Counted from the stretch's first letter, positions 9,941 through 19,888 are shown. The stretch is 64,000 nucleotides of DNA from Rhabdothermincola salaria (GCF_021246445.1 NZ_JAJQXW010000001.1:1568168-1632167), one strand, 5' to 3'. Made by a program: numbers and translations. The notes: generated by a model not told the origin, from the sequence alone.

Positions 9941-10168
9941 GGGTGATCTCCCCCGAAACGAGCGTTAGGTCCGCCTCGAACCTACTCCACTCCCCGTGCC
10001 CGCCCTCATCACGCTTCTCGCATGACGTCGGCGCACCAGGAGTCGTCGAAGTCATGCACGTTCTCGCCTCTCTCGGTTCCCGCACGAGCCGTTCGATGGG
10101 ATGCCCGGCCGGGCTCGTGCCAACATCGGCGAACGGCCGGACGTGCGCCCGGTCCCGGGGAGGCGACG

Positions 10169-10987
10169 ATGGAGATCATGAGGCTGGGTGCCGCGCTCGG
10201 CGCCGAGGTGCGAGGCATCGATTTCGACCACCTCCTCGACCCCGAGACCCTGGACGGCGTGCACCAGGCTCTCCTCGACCACCAGGTGCTGCTGGTGAAA
10301 GCCCCCACCATGACGCCCGACCAGCACATGGCTCTCGGGCGCCAGCTGGGGGAGATCGAGGTCCACGCCTTCTTCCCGAACCTGGGGCCCGGCTACGAAC
10401 AGGTCAGCGTGCTCGATTCCGAGGAGGGCACCACGGCGTCGATGTGGCACACCGACGAGACCTTCCTCGAGCACCCGCCCATGGGCACGCTCACCCACGC
10501 CAAGCTCCTCCCGGAGGTGGGCGGCGACACCATGTTCGCCTCCAGCACTGCGGCGTACGCCGCGCTCTCGGCGCCCATGAAGCGCTACCTCGAAGGGCTC
10601 ACCGCGGTGCACGACCTGAGCCGCATCAGCGAGCTGCGCTACCGGTTCGGATCGGCCTCGGCGGCCGACTACTCGGCCGCGGTGGCCGACGAGCGCCGGC
10701 ACGCCCACCCGATCGTGCGCACCCACCCCGAGACCGGGGCGCCGGGCCTGTTCGTGAACCCCACCTACACCCGCCACGTCGTGGGCCTGCCCCCCGACGA
10801 GAGCGACATGCTCCTGGCGTACCTGTACCGCCACACGACCAAGGAGCCCTTCACCTACCGCCACCGTTGGGAGGAGGGCGACCTGTTGATCTGGGACAAC
10901 CGGGCCACCATGCACATGGTCCTGGCCGACTTCGGCGGGCGCCGTCTCATGTACCGGGTGTCGGTGGTCGGCACCCACGAGCGCTGA
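10169..10987 (+). CDS. TauD/TfdA family Fe(II)/2-oxoglutarate dioxygenase
   Basis: LGAEVRGID, WHTD (HxD), GGDT.F, HPIVRTHPETG, WDNRATMH. Confidence 0.92.
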   Translation: MEIMRLGAALGAEVRGIDFDHLLDPETLDGVHQALLDHQVLLVKAPTMTPDQHMALGRQLGEIEVHAFFPNLGPGYEQVSVLDSEEGTTASMWHTDETFLEHPPMGTLTHAKLLPEVGGDTMFASSTAAYAALSAPMKRYLEGLTAVHDLSRISELRYRFGSASAADYSAAVADERRHAHPIVRTHPETGAPGLFVNPTYTRHVVGLPPDESDMLLAYLYRHTTKEPFTYRHRWEEGDLLIWDNRATMHMVLADFGGRRLMYRVSVVGTHER

Positions 10988-11146
10988 CACGCGCCCCACC
11001 GGGATCCAGGGTCGTCGCCGGACCGGCCCGACCGAGCGACGGGCCACACCGGGCGACCCGCGACCGGGACGGAGCCGGACCTCCGCCGGGCCCGACTACG
11101 GTCCGGGGCCGTACCAGGTCGCAGAAGTGCACAACGGGGGAATCCG

Positions 11147-11968
11147 ATGGCTTATCCGCTCGACGTCGGTGGCGTGAACGACTACCCGGTGAAGGTGGGC
11201 AGCATGTTGCTCACCATGGTCGACCCCAACAAGGGGTTCGAGAAGGCCTACAACCGCTGGTACGAGCGCGACCACTTCTACGCCGGTTGCCTGACCGGGC
11301 CGTACCAGCTGGCCGGCAGCCGTTGGGTGGCACCTCGCCGGCTCAAGGACCTGCGCTGGCCCGAGGGCGACGAGACCATCGCCTCGCCCACCGACGCCGG
11401 CTCGTACGTGGCCATCTACTGGGTCGAAGAGGGCCACCACCAGGACTGGAACGACTGGGCCCAGGAGCAGGTCACCTGGCTGTACTCCAACGGCCGGGGC
11501 TTCGCCGAGCGCACCCACACCCACACGGTGCTCTACGACTACGTCGACACCGACTACCGCGACGACGACCCGGTCCCCATGCTGGTGGCCCTCGACGCCG
11601 CCTACGACGGCATCGTCGTCGTCTGGTTCGACGGCCGCGACGGCACCGAGGCCCCCGACCTGCTCAGCGGTCTGCGCGCCGAGGCCCTGCCCGCCCTCCT
11701 CGACGGGGGACCCATCGAGATGGCCACCTCGTTCCGGCCCAACCCCAACCCGGCCAAGGACCAGCCCATGGACCTCGGCACTCCGGCCGGCGGGCCCGAG
11801 CGCCTGTGCCAGATCCTGTTCGTGCGCGGCGACGTGACCGACTGCCTCGAACGCGTCCGGGCCTACACCGACGCCGTCGAGGCCGCCGGCCTGGCCGACA
11901 CCCGTCTGGTGGCGCCGTTCCTGCGCACCGCGCTCGGCACCGACACCTACACCGACGAGCTCTGGTAG
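11147..11968 (+). CDS. Hypothetical protein (possible tandem EthD-like dimeric alpha/beta barrel)
   Basis: Strong coding bias; VDP..G.E.AYNRWYERDH motif; same strand and 16 bp upstream of the OYE gene. Confidence 0.7.
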   Translation: MAYPLDVGGVNDYPVKVGSMLLTMVDPNKGFEKAYNRWYERDHFYAGCLTGPYQLAGSRWVAPRRLKDLRWPEGDETIASPTDAGSYVAIYWVEEGHHQDWNDWAQEQVTWLYSNGRGFAERTHTHTVLYDYVDTDYRDDDPVPMLVALDAAYDGIVVVWFDGRDGTEAPDLLSGLRAEALPALLDGGPIEMATSFRPNPNPAKDQPMDLGTPAGGPERLCQILFVRGDVTDCLERVRAYTDAVEAAGLADTRLVAPFLRTALGTDTYTDELW

Positions 11969-11984
11969 CTCGCCACCTGACCTC

Positions 11985-13223
11985 ATGACCGACACCACCC
12001 CCGACCGTCCGGTCACCGCCACGCCGCCGGACCCGTTCGCCCCCGCCACGCTGGGACCGCTCTCGCTGCGCAACCGCGTCGTGAAGGCCGCCACCTTCGA
12101 GGGGGTCGTCCCCGAGGCCCTGGTCACCGACGAGCTGGTCGAGTTCCACCGTCGGCCGGCCGCCGGCGGGGTGGGCATGACCACCGTCGCCTACCTGGCC
12201 GTCTCCCCGGAGGGCCGCACCCACGCCGAGTGCATCTGGCTGCGACCCGAGGCGGTGCCCGGCCTCGCCCGGCTGGCCGATGTCGTCCATGCCGAGGGGG
12301 CCAAGGTCTCGGCGCAGATCGGCCACGCCGGGCCGGTGGCCAACGCCAAGAGCAACCGGGCCACGGCCCTGGCCCCGAGCCGGTCGTTCAACCCGGTGTC
12401 GATGAAGGTCACCCGGGCCGTCACCGACGACGACATCACCCGCATCACCCTCGACTACCAGCGCGGGGCGCGGCTGGTCGCCGAGGCCGGCTTCGACGCC
12501 ATCGAGATCCACCTGGCCCACAACTACCTGCTGTCGTCGTTCCTCTCGCCCAAGTTCAACAAGCGCACCGATCGCTGGGGAGGCAGCCTCGAGAACCGGG
12601 CCCGCTTCGCCCGCCAGGTGGTGCGAGCCGTGCGCGAGGCGGTCGGCGATGGGCTCGCGGTCACCGCCAAGGTCAGCCTCGACGACGGCGTCCCGGGCGG
12701 GTTCCGGCTGCCCGAGAGCGCGGAGTTCTCCCGGATGCTCGAGGAGGACGGCTGCCTCGATGCGCTCGAGCTCACCGGCGGCAGCTCGCTCGCCAACCCG
12801 ATGTACCTCTTCCGGGGCGACGCCCCGCGTGAGGACTTCGCCGCCACCCTGCCCCCCCTCCAGCGCTTCGGCTTCAAGCTCATCGCCGGCAAGATGATGC
12901 CGGCCTACCCCTTCGAGGAGGCGTACTTCCTCGGCAAGGCCCGCCAGGTGCGCGATGCGGTCGACATGCCGCTCATCCTGCTCGGGGGCATCAACACCCG
13001 GGCGACCATCGAGAGGGCCATGGCCGAGGGGTTCCAGTTCGTGGCCATGGGACGGGCGCTGCTACGCGAACCGGACCTGCTGGCCCGCATGCAGTCCGGC
13101 GACCAGCTGGAGGGGAACTGCATCCACTGCAACCGGTGCATGCCGTCGATCTACAGCGGCAGCCGCTGCGTGCTCGACCACCCCGAGCCCATCGTCGTGC
13201 CCGCCGCCCACACCATCAGGTAG
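11985..13223 (+). CDS. NADH:flavin oxidoreductase (OYE/FadH-like)
   Basis: LRNRVVKAAT, QIGHAG, AGFDAIEIHLAHNYLLSSFLSP..NKRTD.WGGSLENR, C-terminal CIHCNRC. Confidence 0.92.
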   Translation: MTDTTPDRPVTATPPDPFAPATLGPLSLRNRVVKAATFEGVVPEALVTDELVEFHRRPAAGGVGMTTVAYLAVSPEGRTHAECIWLRPEAVPGLARLADVVHAEGAKVSAQIGHAGPVANAKSNRATALAPSRSFNPVSMKVTRAVTDDDITRITLDYQRGARLVAEAGFDAIEIHLAHNYLLSSFLSPKFNKRTDRWGGSLENRARFARQVVRAVREAVGDGLAVTAKVSLDDGVPGGFRLPESAEFSRMLEEDGCLDALELTGGSSLANPMYLFRGDAPREDFAATLPPLQRFGFKLIAGKMMPAYPFEEAYFLGKARQVRDAVDMPLILLGGINTRATIERAMAEGFQFVAMGRALLREPDLLARMQSGDQLEGNCIHCNRCMPSIYSGSRCVLDHPEPIVVPAAHTIR

Positions 13224-13386
13224 CCAGCCGCGCTCGAGGCCCGGCGCCCGTTGGCCGAGCCCCAACCTCCTCCCGAGCCCATGGGCGAAGCTGTCAGGAG
13301 AGAGCGTCGAGGGGTGACGCCCTGTCCCGACAGCTACGCGGGGACCGGCGGGGGCACAGGGAGCGCTGGAACGGAGGGTGACCGCG

Positions 13387-13833
13387 TCACTGGCGACGCA
13401 GGTCGGCCACCAGCCGTTCGAGCCCGGCCGCCAGGGCGTCCATGTCGTCATCGGTCCAGTCGCGGAGCTGACGGGCCAGCATCGTCTCGTTGGCCTCCCG
13501 CAGCCGCCGGTGGGCCGCCCGCCCGTCGGGCGTGGCGGCCAGCACCCACGACCGGCCGTCGTCGGGGTGCGCCCGGCGTTCGAGGTACCCGGCATCCTCG
13601 AGGACCTTCACCTGCCGGCTCAGGGCGTTGGGCGCCATGTGGCTGCGGCGGCCCAGCTCGCCCACGCCGAGGGGACCGTCGGCCACCAGTCGGCCGAGGA
13701 CCGAGAAGGCGGGGAAGTTGAGCGAGACCCCGGCCCGCTCGGCGTGCAGGGCGTCGAGCTTGCGGCTCCGGGTGAACCGGGCGAGAGCGCTGATGGACTC
13801 GTTGAGCCGACGGCGGCTGGCGGGGGACGACAT
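13387..13833 (-). CDS. MarR family transcriptional regulator
   Basis: LSRQVKVLEDAGYLERRAHPDDGRSW winged helix. Confidence 0.88.
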   Translation of the reverse strand: MSSPASRRRLNESISALARFTRSRKLDALHAERAGVSLNFPAFSVLGRLVADGPLGVGELGRRSHMAPNALSRQVKVLEDAGYLERRAHPDDGRSWVLAATPDGRAAHRRLREANETMLARQLRDWTDDDMDALAAGLERLVADLRRQ

Positions 13834-13835
13834 CG

Positions 13836-13865
13836 GGACCTAGCCTAGGTCCTTCACATTGTGAA
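13836..13865. promoter_or_regulatory. Two abutting palindromes (GGACCTAG-C-CTAGGTCC; TTCACA-T-TGTGAA) in the MarR/ACAD divergent promoter
   Basis: Perfect inverted repeats containing TAGCCT (+) and TAGGCT (-) -10-like hexamers; probable MarR operator. Confidence 0.55.
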
Positions 13866-13887
13866 CGACTTCTAGGGGGCAGAGGCG

Positions 13888-15192
13888 ATGGCATGGGACT
13901 TCTCGACCGATCCGGAGTTCCAGGAGGAGCTCGACTGGATCCGTGAGGTGGTGGTCGAGCAGATCCAGCCCCTCGACCTGGTGAAGGGCCAGATGAGCAA
14001 GGAGGCCTGGAAGCGGGCCACCGACCCCATCAAGGCCGAGGTCAAGGAGCGGGGCCTGTGGGCCGCCCACCTCGATCCCGAGCTCGGGGGCCAGGGTCTC
14101 GGCCAGGTGAAGCTGGCGTTGATGCACGAGATCCTCGGCCGCACCGGAAGCGCGCCGGCGCTGTTCGGCAACCAGGCCCCCGACTCGGGCAACAGCGAGC
14201 TGCTGGCCATCGGCGCCGACGACGAGCAGAAGGAGCGCTGGCTGTGGCCCCTGCTGGCCGGCGACATGACCTCCAGCTTCTCGCTCACCGAGCCGCACAC
14301 CGCCGGATCCGACCCCACCGGCATCAGCACCCGGGCCGTGCTCGACGGCGACGAGTGGGTCATCGACGGCCACAAGTGGTACGCCTCCAACGCATCGGTC
14401 GCCGACTTCGTCCTGGCCATGGTGGTCACCGACCCCGACGCCGGGCCCCATCGCCGGGCCTCGATGATCCTCATCGAGCGCGACACCCCGGGCATGAACA
14501 TCGTGCGCGACATCGGCACCATGGACCACCCCCACCCCTATCCCGGCGACCACCACCTGGGCGGCCACGCCGAGATCATCTTCGAGGGCTGCCGCGTGCC
14601 CAAGGGCAACCTCATCGGCCAACCCGGGGAGGGGTTCCTGCTGGCCCAGAAGCGCCTGTCCGGCGGTCGCATCCACCACGCCATGCGTTGGATCGGCACC
14701 TGCCAGCGGGCCTTCGACATGATGTGCGAGCGGGCCATCTCCCGCCAGATGGGCGGGCGACCCATGTCCGACAAGCAGTTCGTGCAGGACTTCATCGCCT
14801 CCTCGGCCACCGAGATCCAGGCGGCGCGCCTGCTCACCCTGCACGCGGCCTGGCACTGGGACACCTACGGCGGCTCCGCGTCGCGGGTCCAGATCGCCCA
14901 GATCAAGTGGTGGGGGGCCCAGGTCCTCTACAACGTCATCGACCGGGCCATCCAGGTCCACGGTGCCCTCGGGTACTCCACCGACCTGCCCCTCGAGCGG
15001 ATGTACCGCACCGCCCGCAACTTCCGGCTCTCCGACGGCGCCGACGAGGTGCACAAGTCCTTCATCGCCCGCAAGGTCCTCAAGGACTACAGCCCTGTCG
15101 AGGGCTACCCGACCGAGCACGTCCCCACCCGCACCGCCGAGGCCCAGGCCCGCTTCGCCGAGTACCTCGACCTGGCCGAGGCCAACCTGTGA
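13888..15192 (+). CDS. Acyl-CoA dehydrogenase (ACAD10/11-like)
   Basis: APDSGNSE, FSLTEP..AGSDP, GHKWY.SNA, QKRL.GGRIHH, DRAIQVHGALG, DGADEVH. Confidence 0.93.
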   Translation: MAWDFSTDPEFQEELDWIREVVVEQIQPLDLVKGQMSKEAWKRATDPIKAEVKERGLWAAHLDPELGGQGLGQVKLALMHEILGRTGSAPALFGNQAPDSGNSELLAIGADDEQKERWLWPLLAGDMTSSFSLTEPHTAGSDPTGISTRAVLDGDEWVIDGHKWYASNASVADFVLAMVVTDPDAGPHRRASMILIERDTPGMNIVRDIGTMDHPHPYPGDHHLGGHAEIIFEGCRVPKGNLIGQPGEGFLLAQKRLSGGRIHHAMRWIGTCQRAFDMMCERAISRQMGGRPMSDKQFVQDFIASSATEIQAARLLTLHAAWHWDTYGGSASRVQIAQIKWWGAQVLYNVIDRAIQVHGALGYSTDLPLERMYRTARNFRLSDGADEVHKSFIARKVLKDYSPVEGYPTEHVPTRTAEAQARFAEYLDLAEANL

Positions 15193-16250
15193 GCGCCGAC
15201 GCGTTCCCGGTCGAGGAGGCGGTGCCGGCCGACCGGCTGACGGCATGGGTGCGCGCCAACGTGCCCGAGGCGTCAGGACCCCTCGTCATCGACCACCTCT
15301 CGGGCGGGTCGTCGAACCTCACCTTCCGGGTGCGTGACGACGCCAACGACTGGGTGCTGCGGCGACCTCCGCTCGGCCGGCTGCTGGCCACCGCCAACGA
15401 CATGGGGCGCGAGTTCACCGTGCAGCAAGCCCTCGTGGGCACCGACGTGCCGGTGGCCGCCCCGGTGGCCCGGTGCGACGACACCGACGTCATCGGTGCG
15501 CCCTTCTACCTCATGCAACGCCTCGACGGCATCGTCTACGACGACGCCGACGCGGTGGCCCACCTCGACGTCGACGACGCCGCCGCCGCCACCGACGAGC
15601 TGGTCGACGTGCTGGCCCGCCTGCACGCGGTCGACTACGAGGCCGTCGGGCTGGGCGGGTTCGGCAAGCCGCAGGGCTTCCTGGCCCGCCAGGTGAAGCG
15701 CTGGACCACCCAGTGGGAAGCCGCCAAGCAACGTGATCTGCCGGCCGTCGACGAGGCCCTGCGCCGTCTGGCGGAGGCCGTCCCGGCCGAGGCCGGCGCG
15801 GCCGTCGTGCACGGCGACTACAGCTTCAACAACACCATGTGGGCACGAGACGAGCCCCGCCGGATGGTGGGGGTGCTCGACTGGGAGATGTCCACCCTCG
15901 GCGATCCGCTCACCGACGTCGGCATGGTGGTCATGTACTGGGGCGAGATGGGCGAGCTGCTGTGGCGCCAGCGGGCGCCGCAGCCCCATCGCCTCAACCC
16001 GGGCTTCCCGTCGGCCGACCGCCTCATCGAGCGCTACGCCTCCACCAGCGGTCGCCAGGTCGACGAGATCGACGTCTACTGCGTGCTGGCGGCCACCAAG
16101 ATGGCCGCCATCATCGCCGGGAGCCAGGCCCGCCTGGCCGCCACCGACCCCGACCGGGCGGCCGCCATCGCCCCCACCATCGAGGCCGTGGCCCAGATCG
16201 CCCTCGACCGGGCGAACGCCTCGTCGATCCCCGCCCTCCGGGGTCGCTGA
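15189..16250 (+). CDS. Aminoglycoside-phosphotransferase-like kinase (ACAD10/11 N-terminal-like)
   Basis: GGSSNLT, VLRRPP, HGDY..NN, LDWEMSTLGDPLTD; GTGA overlap with the ACAD gene. Confidence 0.9.
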   Translation: MSADAFPVEEAVPADRLTAWVRANVPEASGPLVIDHLSGGSSNLTFRVRDDANDWVLRRPPLGRLLATANDMGREFTVQQALVGTDVPVAAPVARCDDTDVIGAPFYLMQRLDGIVYDDADAVAHLDVDDAAAATDELVDVLARLHAVDYEAVGLGGFGKPQGFLARQVKRWTTQWEAAKQRDLPAVDEALRRLAEAVPAEAGAAVVHGDYSFNNTMWARDEPRRMVGVLDWEMSTLGDPLTDVGMVVMYWGEMGELLWRQRAPQPHRLNPGFPSADRLIERYASTSGRQVDEIDVYCVLAATKMAAIIAGSQARLAATDPDRAAAIAPTIEAVAQIALDRANASSIPALRGR

Positions 16251-16286
16251 GCTCGCCCCCGTCCCGACGTCGCTGCTCGCCGCCCG

Positions 16287-17114
16287 TCAGGAGCGGCGGG
16301 CCAGGTCCTCGGCCAGCTTGGGCGCGAACACCCAGCGACCCAGGAAGCGCTCGGCGTCGGGGGAGCTCGCCAACCAGGCGATGGTCTCGGCCGTGGCCTC
16401 TGGGCTGTCGGCGCCGAAGCCGTCGGTGAAGTCCTGGTCGGGGTGCAGGGCCCGACGCCGCTCGGTGACCACGTTGCCGGGGTCCACGTTGAAGGCCCAC
16501 ACGCCACGAGGGGCGTATTCGGCGTTCACGCCGCCGGCGACCCGACCGAGGGCCGCCTTCGAGGCCGCGTAGGCGATGCCCCAGCCGCCCTCGCCGGCGG
16601 GGCCGGGCGGATCGTGGCGGGCCGACCCCGACACCATGTCGACGATCCGGCCGTGGCCGCGCTCGAGCATGCCGGGCAGCACCAGCTGGACGAGCCGGAT
16701 CTGGTAGGCGAAGTTCCCCCGCATCAGGTGGTCGAGGTCGTCCATGCGCAGGTCGGCCAGGCGGTCCATGGTGCCCGGGCCCCGGTAGAGGCCGTTGTTG
16801 ACCAGCACGTCGACCCGACCCCACGCGGCGAGCACGGTCGCGACCGCGGCCTCGACGCTGGCCAGGTCGCAGAAGTCCATGGCGACCGGCAGGGCCCGCC
16901 GGCCGGAAGCCTCGATCTCCGACGCCGTGCGCTCGAGGCTTCCTTCCACCGCCACCGACTCGCCGCCGTGCACCGAGTCGGGCTCGACGCGGCCCTCGCC
17001 CTCGCGCAGGGTGCGAGCCGACACCGCCACGTCGAAGCCGGCCCGGGCCAGGGCCAGCGCTGCCGCCCGGCCGATGCCCCGACTGGCTCCGGTGACGAGC
17101 GCGACGCCGGTCAC
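16287..17114 (-). CDS. SDR oxidoreductase
   Basis: TGASRGIG, NNG, YAASK, NVDPG. Confidence 0.9.
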   Translation of the reverse strand: MTGVALVTGASRGIGRAAALALARAGFDVAVSARTLREGEGRVEPDSVHGGESVAVEGSLERTASEIEASGRRALPVAMDFCDLASVEAAVATVLAAWGRVDVLVNNGLYRGPGTMDRLADLRMDDLDHLMRGNFAYQIRLVQLVLPGMLERGHGRIVDMVSGSARHDPPGPAGEGGWGIAYAASKAALGRVAGGVNAEYAPRGVWAFNVDPGNVVTERRRALHPDQDFTDGFGADSPEATAETIAWLASSPDAERFLGRWVFAPKLAEDLARRS

Positions 17115-17575
17115 GACACGGCGATCGGTCGGTCCTCGGTGAACTCCACCACCAGATGGCGACGGGCGATGCGCCAGCCGTCGAGCGCCCGCACGAACCG
17201 GTCGAGGTACCGGATGTGCATCACGTAGTCGTAGGGCAGCGTCGTGCCCTCGGGCCCGTCGACGTCGTGGATGTGGTGCGCCAGGCAGTAGGTGACCCCA
17301 TCGGCGGTGTCGCCCTCGATCGTGACCGTGTGGTTGGCCATCACGTGCAAGGTGGTGTGGTAGCGGTCGAGCCCCGCCATGGCCGAGGCGATCGCCTCGG
17401 GACCGACCCGCTCGCGCACCGGCGCCTCCGCCCCCCGCTCGAAGATGCGCAGCTCACCGTCCGGCGTGAACAGGGCCGCCGCCGAGGCAGGGTCGTCGCT
17501 GTCGACGCAGGTGGCGTAGGCGGCGACGAGGTCCTGCAGGGCCAGGCGGTCGAGGAGGAACTGGAGCTCGCTCAC
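17111..17575 (-). CDS. SnoaL-like/NTF2 family protein
   Basis: LDR.ALQDLVAAYA..VD, LFTPDG, H...NH, Y.DRFVR..DGWRIARR. Confidence 0.88.
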   Translation of the reverse strand: MSELQFLLDRLALQDLVAAYATCVDSDDPASAAALFTPDGELRIFERGAEAPVRERVGPEAIASAMAGLDRYHTTLHVMANHTVTIEGDTADGVTYCLAHHIHDVDGPEGTTLPYDYVMHIRYLDRFVRALDGWRIARRHLVVEFTEDRPIAVS

Positions 17576-18435
17576 CCCTCGCCCTCACCTGCCGGCCAGT
17601 CGGGCAGCAGCCCGAGGTCGGCGCAGAGCTTGGGGGCGAAGATCCACTTGCCCACGAATCGGGTGGCTTCGGGGTCGGTGGCCAGCCAGGCGACGACGGC
17701 CCCGGTGGCTTCGGCGGGTGCCGATCCGAAGCCCTGCTCGAAGTCGTCGTCGGGGCGCAGCGCCTTGCGCTTCTCGGTGACCACGTTGCCGGGATCGACG
17801 TTGAAGGCCCGCACCCCGCGGTCGCGGTACTCGGCCTCGATGCCGCCGGCCACCCGGCCGAAGGCCGCCTTCGAGGCCGCGTAGGCGATCCCCCATCCGC
17901 CGTCGCCGGCCGGCCCGGGCGGGTCGTGGCGGGCCGAGCCCGACACCATGTTGATGATCCGCCCCTCGCCGTGGTCGACCATGTGGGGCACCACCAGCTG
18001 GATGAGGCGGATCTGGTGGGCGAAGTTCCCCCGCATCAAGTTGTCGAGGTCGCTCATCTGCAGGTCGAGCAGGCGGTCCATGGTGCCGCCCGCCTGGTAG
18101 ATGGCGTTGTTGAACAGCACGTCGATGCGACCGAACCCCTCGAGGACCGCCGCCGGCACGGCCTCCACGCTGGCCAGGTCGAGCAGGTCCATCGGGATCG
18201 ACACCGCCCTACGTCCCCGTCGTTCCACCTCGGCCGCCGTCGTCTCGAGGCTGCCGGGCAGGGCCACGACGGGCTCGTCGCCGCGCACCGAGTTGGGCTC
18301 GCTGCGACCCTCGCCTTCGCGCACCGTTCGGGCGGTGAGCGCCACATCGAATCCGGCTTCGGCCAGGGCGAGGGCGGCGGCCTTGCCGATCCCCCGACTG
18401 GCGCCAGTCACCAACGCGACCGGTCGTTCACTCAT
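17572..18435 (-). CDS. SDR oxidoreductase (paralog of 16287-17114)
   Basis: TGASRGIG, NNAI, YAASK; RBS GAGGAG. Confidence 0.9.
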   Translation of the reverse strand: MSERPVALVTGASRGIGKAAALALAEAGFDVALTARTVREGEGRSEPNSVRGDEPVVALPGSLETTAAEVERRGRRAVSIPMDLLDLASVEAVPAAVLEGFGRIDVLFNNAIYQAGGTMDRLLDLQMSDLDNLMRGNFAHQIRLIQLVVPHMVDHGEGRIINMVSGSARHDPPGPAGDGGWGIAYAASKAAFGRVAGGIEAEYRDRGVRAFNVDPGNVVTEKRKALRPDDDFEQGFGSAPAEATGAVVAWLATDPEATRFVGKWIFAPKLCADLGLLPDWPAGEGEG

Positions 18436-18497
18436 GTCTGCTCCTCGCAACGCGTGGCGAGGACCCTACTGCGCCGGTATCGCCGCAGTGGTCGCTG

Positions 18498-19784
18498 TCA
18501 GCTGCCGTCGGTGGACCAGTGCCAGGGCTCGCTGGGCAGGTTCACGAAGCCGTAGCGGCCGGCGTTGGCCGCCAACCACTGGAAGGCCGGGGAGCTGCGG
18601 CTCTGGATGGACCGACCGTTGTGGGCGAAGTCGATGGCCAGGCCCTGCTCGTGCTTCGAGCGCCCCGGGATCGCCGTGGGCGGACTGCAGGAGTCGGGGT
18701 TCATCTGCCAGATGGCGTACTGGCTGGTGCCGCAGTGCTGCCTGCGCAGCTCGATCTGCATGGCCGGGTCGCGGTAGCCGCTGCCGGTGAGGTGGATCCC
18801 GGCGGCGCTGGCCGCCTCGAGCAGGCTGGCCAGGTTGCCGGCGATGGAACCGGCCACGGTGATGCCTCGCACGCTGGTGAGGCCCCCCGGACGGGGGATC
18901 TGGGTGACGGGTCCGCCGCCACCACCGGAGCCTCCACCGGAGCCACCCCCAGAACCTCCGCCGCTGCTCGGCGCCGGCCGGGCGGCGGCGGCCGCCTCGG
19001 CAGCGGCTCGCGCGGCGGCCAGCTGAGCGGCGATGGCGGCCTGCTCGGCGGCCAGGCGATCGGAGAGCTGCTGGTCGAGGGCGGCGAGCGCCTGGGACTC
19101 GGCGAGCTTGTCGCCGAGGCGGGTGGCGATCTCGGAGGCCACTCGCTCCTGTTCGGCTTGAGCGGACTCGTAGCCGGCCACCGTGTCGGCCAGGCTCGAG
19201 CGTCGTTGCTCGGCGACGTCGCGCGCGCTGCGGGCCTCGTCGCGCTGGTCCTCGAGCTGGCGCTGGGCGGTGCGGTACTCCTCGACGGCGTCGAGCTTGG
19301 AGCCGTTGGCCACCTCGAGGAGGGCCTGCTTGGTGCTGGCGTCGTTGGCCGACAGCTCCTGGAAGGCATCGAGGACCTGCTCGCCCTCGGGCTGGACGTA
19401 CGCCGCGACCGCAGCGTCGACCACGGCGGCGCGGAGCTCACCGATGCGAGCCTCGGTGGCGCGAGCCTCGTCCTCGGCCTGTTGGGCCCGAGCCTCGGCC
19501 TCGTCGACCGCCCGCTGGGCGTCGGCCATCTGGGCCCGGGTGGAACGCACGTTGGCCTCGAGCGCGTCCAGGGCTGCGCTCACCTCGGCGTCGGTGGCCT
19601 CGAGGGTGTCGATCTGGCCCGCCACCTCGGCCCGTTGCGCCTTCACCTCGCGCTGCTCCGCCGCGGTGTCGGCATCGACCGCAGGAGTGGTGGAGAGCGG
19701 CGTACCGGCCAGCACCACGGCGAGAAGCACGGTGGCGGCGGCCGCGAGCGAGGGGATGCGCAGTACCCGGGTGGAGCGGGACAT
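18498..19784 (-). CDS. Secreted coiled-coil protein with C-terminal M15 (VanY-like) D-Ala-D-Ala carboxypeptidase/endopeptidase domain
   Basis: Signal peptide, long coiled coil, Gly/Ser linker, SGYR...SKHEQGLAID...EPWHW. Confidence 0.88.
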   Translation of the reverse strand: MSRSTRVLRIPSLAAAATVLLAVVLAGTPLSTTPAVDADTAAEQREVKAQRAEVAGQIDTLEATDAEVSAALDALEANVRSTRAQMADAQRAVDEAEARAQQAEDEARATEARIGELRAAVVDAAVAAYVQPEGEQVLDAFQELSANDASTKQALLEVANGSKLDAVEEYRTAQRQLEDQRDEARSARDVAEQRRSSLADTVAGYESAQAEQERVASEIATRLGDKLAESQALAALDQQLSDRLAAEQAAIAAQLAAARAAAEAAAAARPAPSSGGGSGGGSGGGSGGGGGPVTQIPRPGGLTSVRGITVAGSIAGNLASLLEAASAAGIHLTGSGYRDPAMQIELRRQHCGTSQYAIWQMNPDSCSPPTAIPGRSKHEQGLAIDFAHNGRSIQSRSSPAFQWLAANAGRYGFVNLPSEPWHWSTDGS

Positions 19785-19888
19785 CGGGAGCAGCGACTCC
19801 TGGCGGCGAGAGGTGGGTAAGAGGACGTCAACGACCTGTAACGGAACCGCAATGTAGCAGGCCCGGAACCCCCGCGCGCGCATCATCT

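Noticed and set aside
15189..16250. Aminoglycoside resistance kinase (and, likewise, the M15 gene at 18498-19784 as vanY)
   Set aside because: The motifs and ACAD coupling indicate a metabolic kinase, and the M15 protein has no van cluster context.
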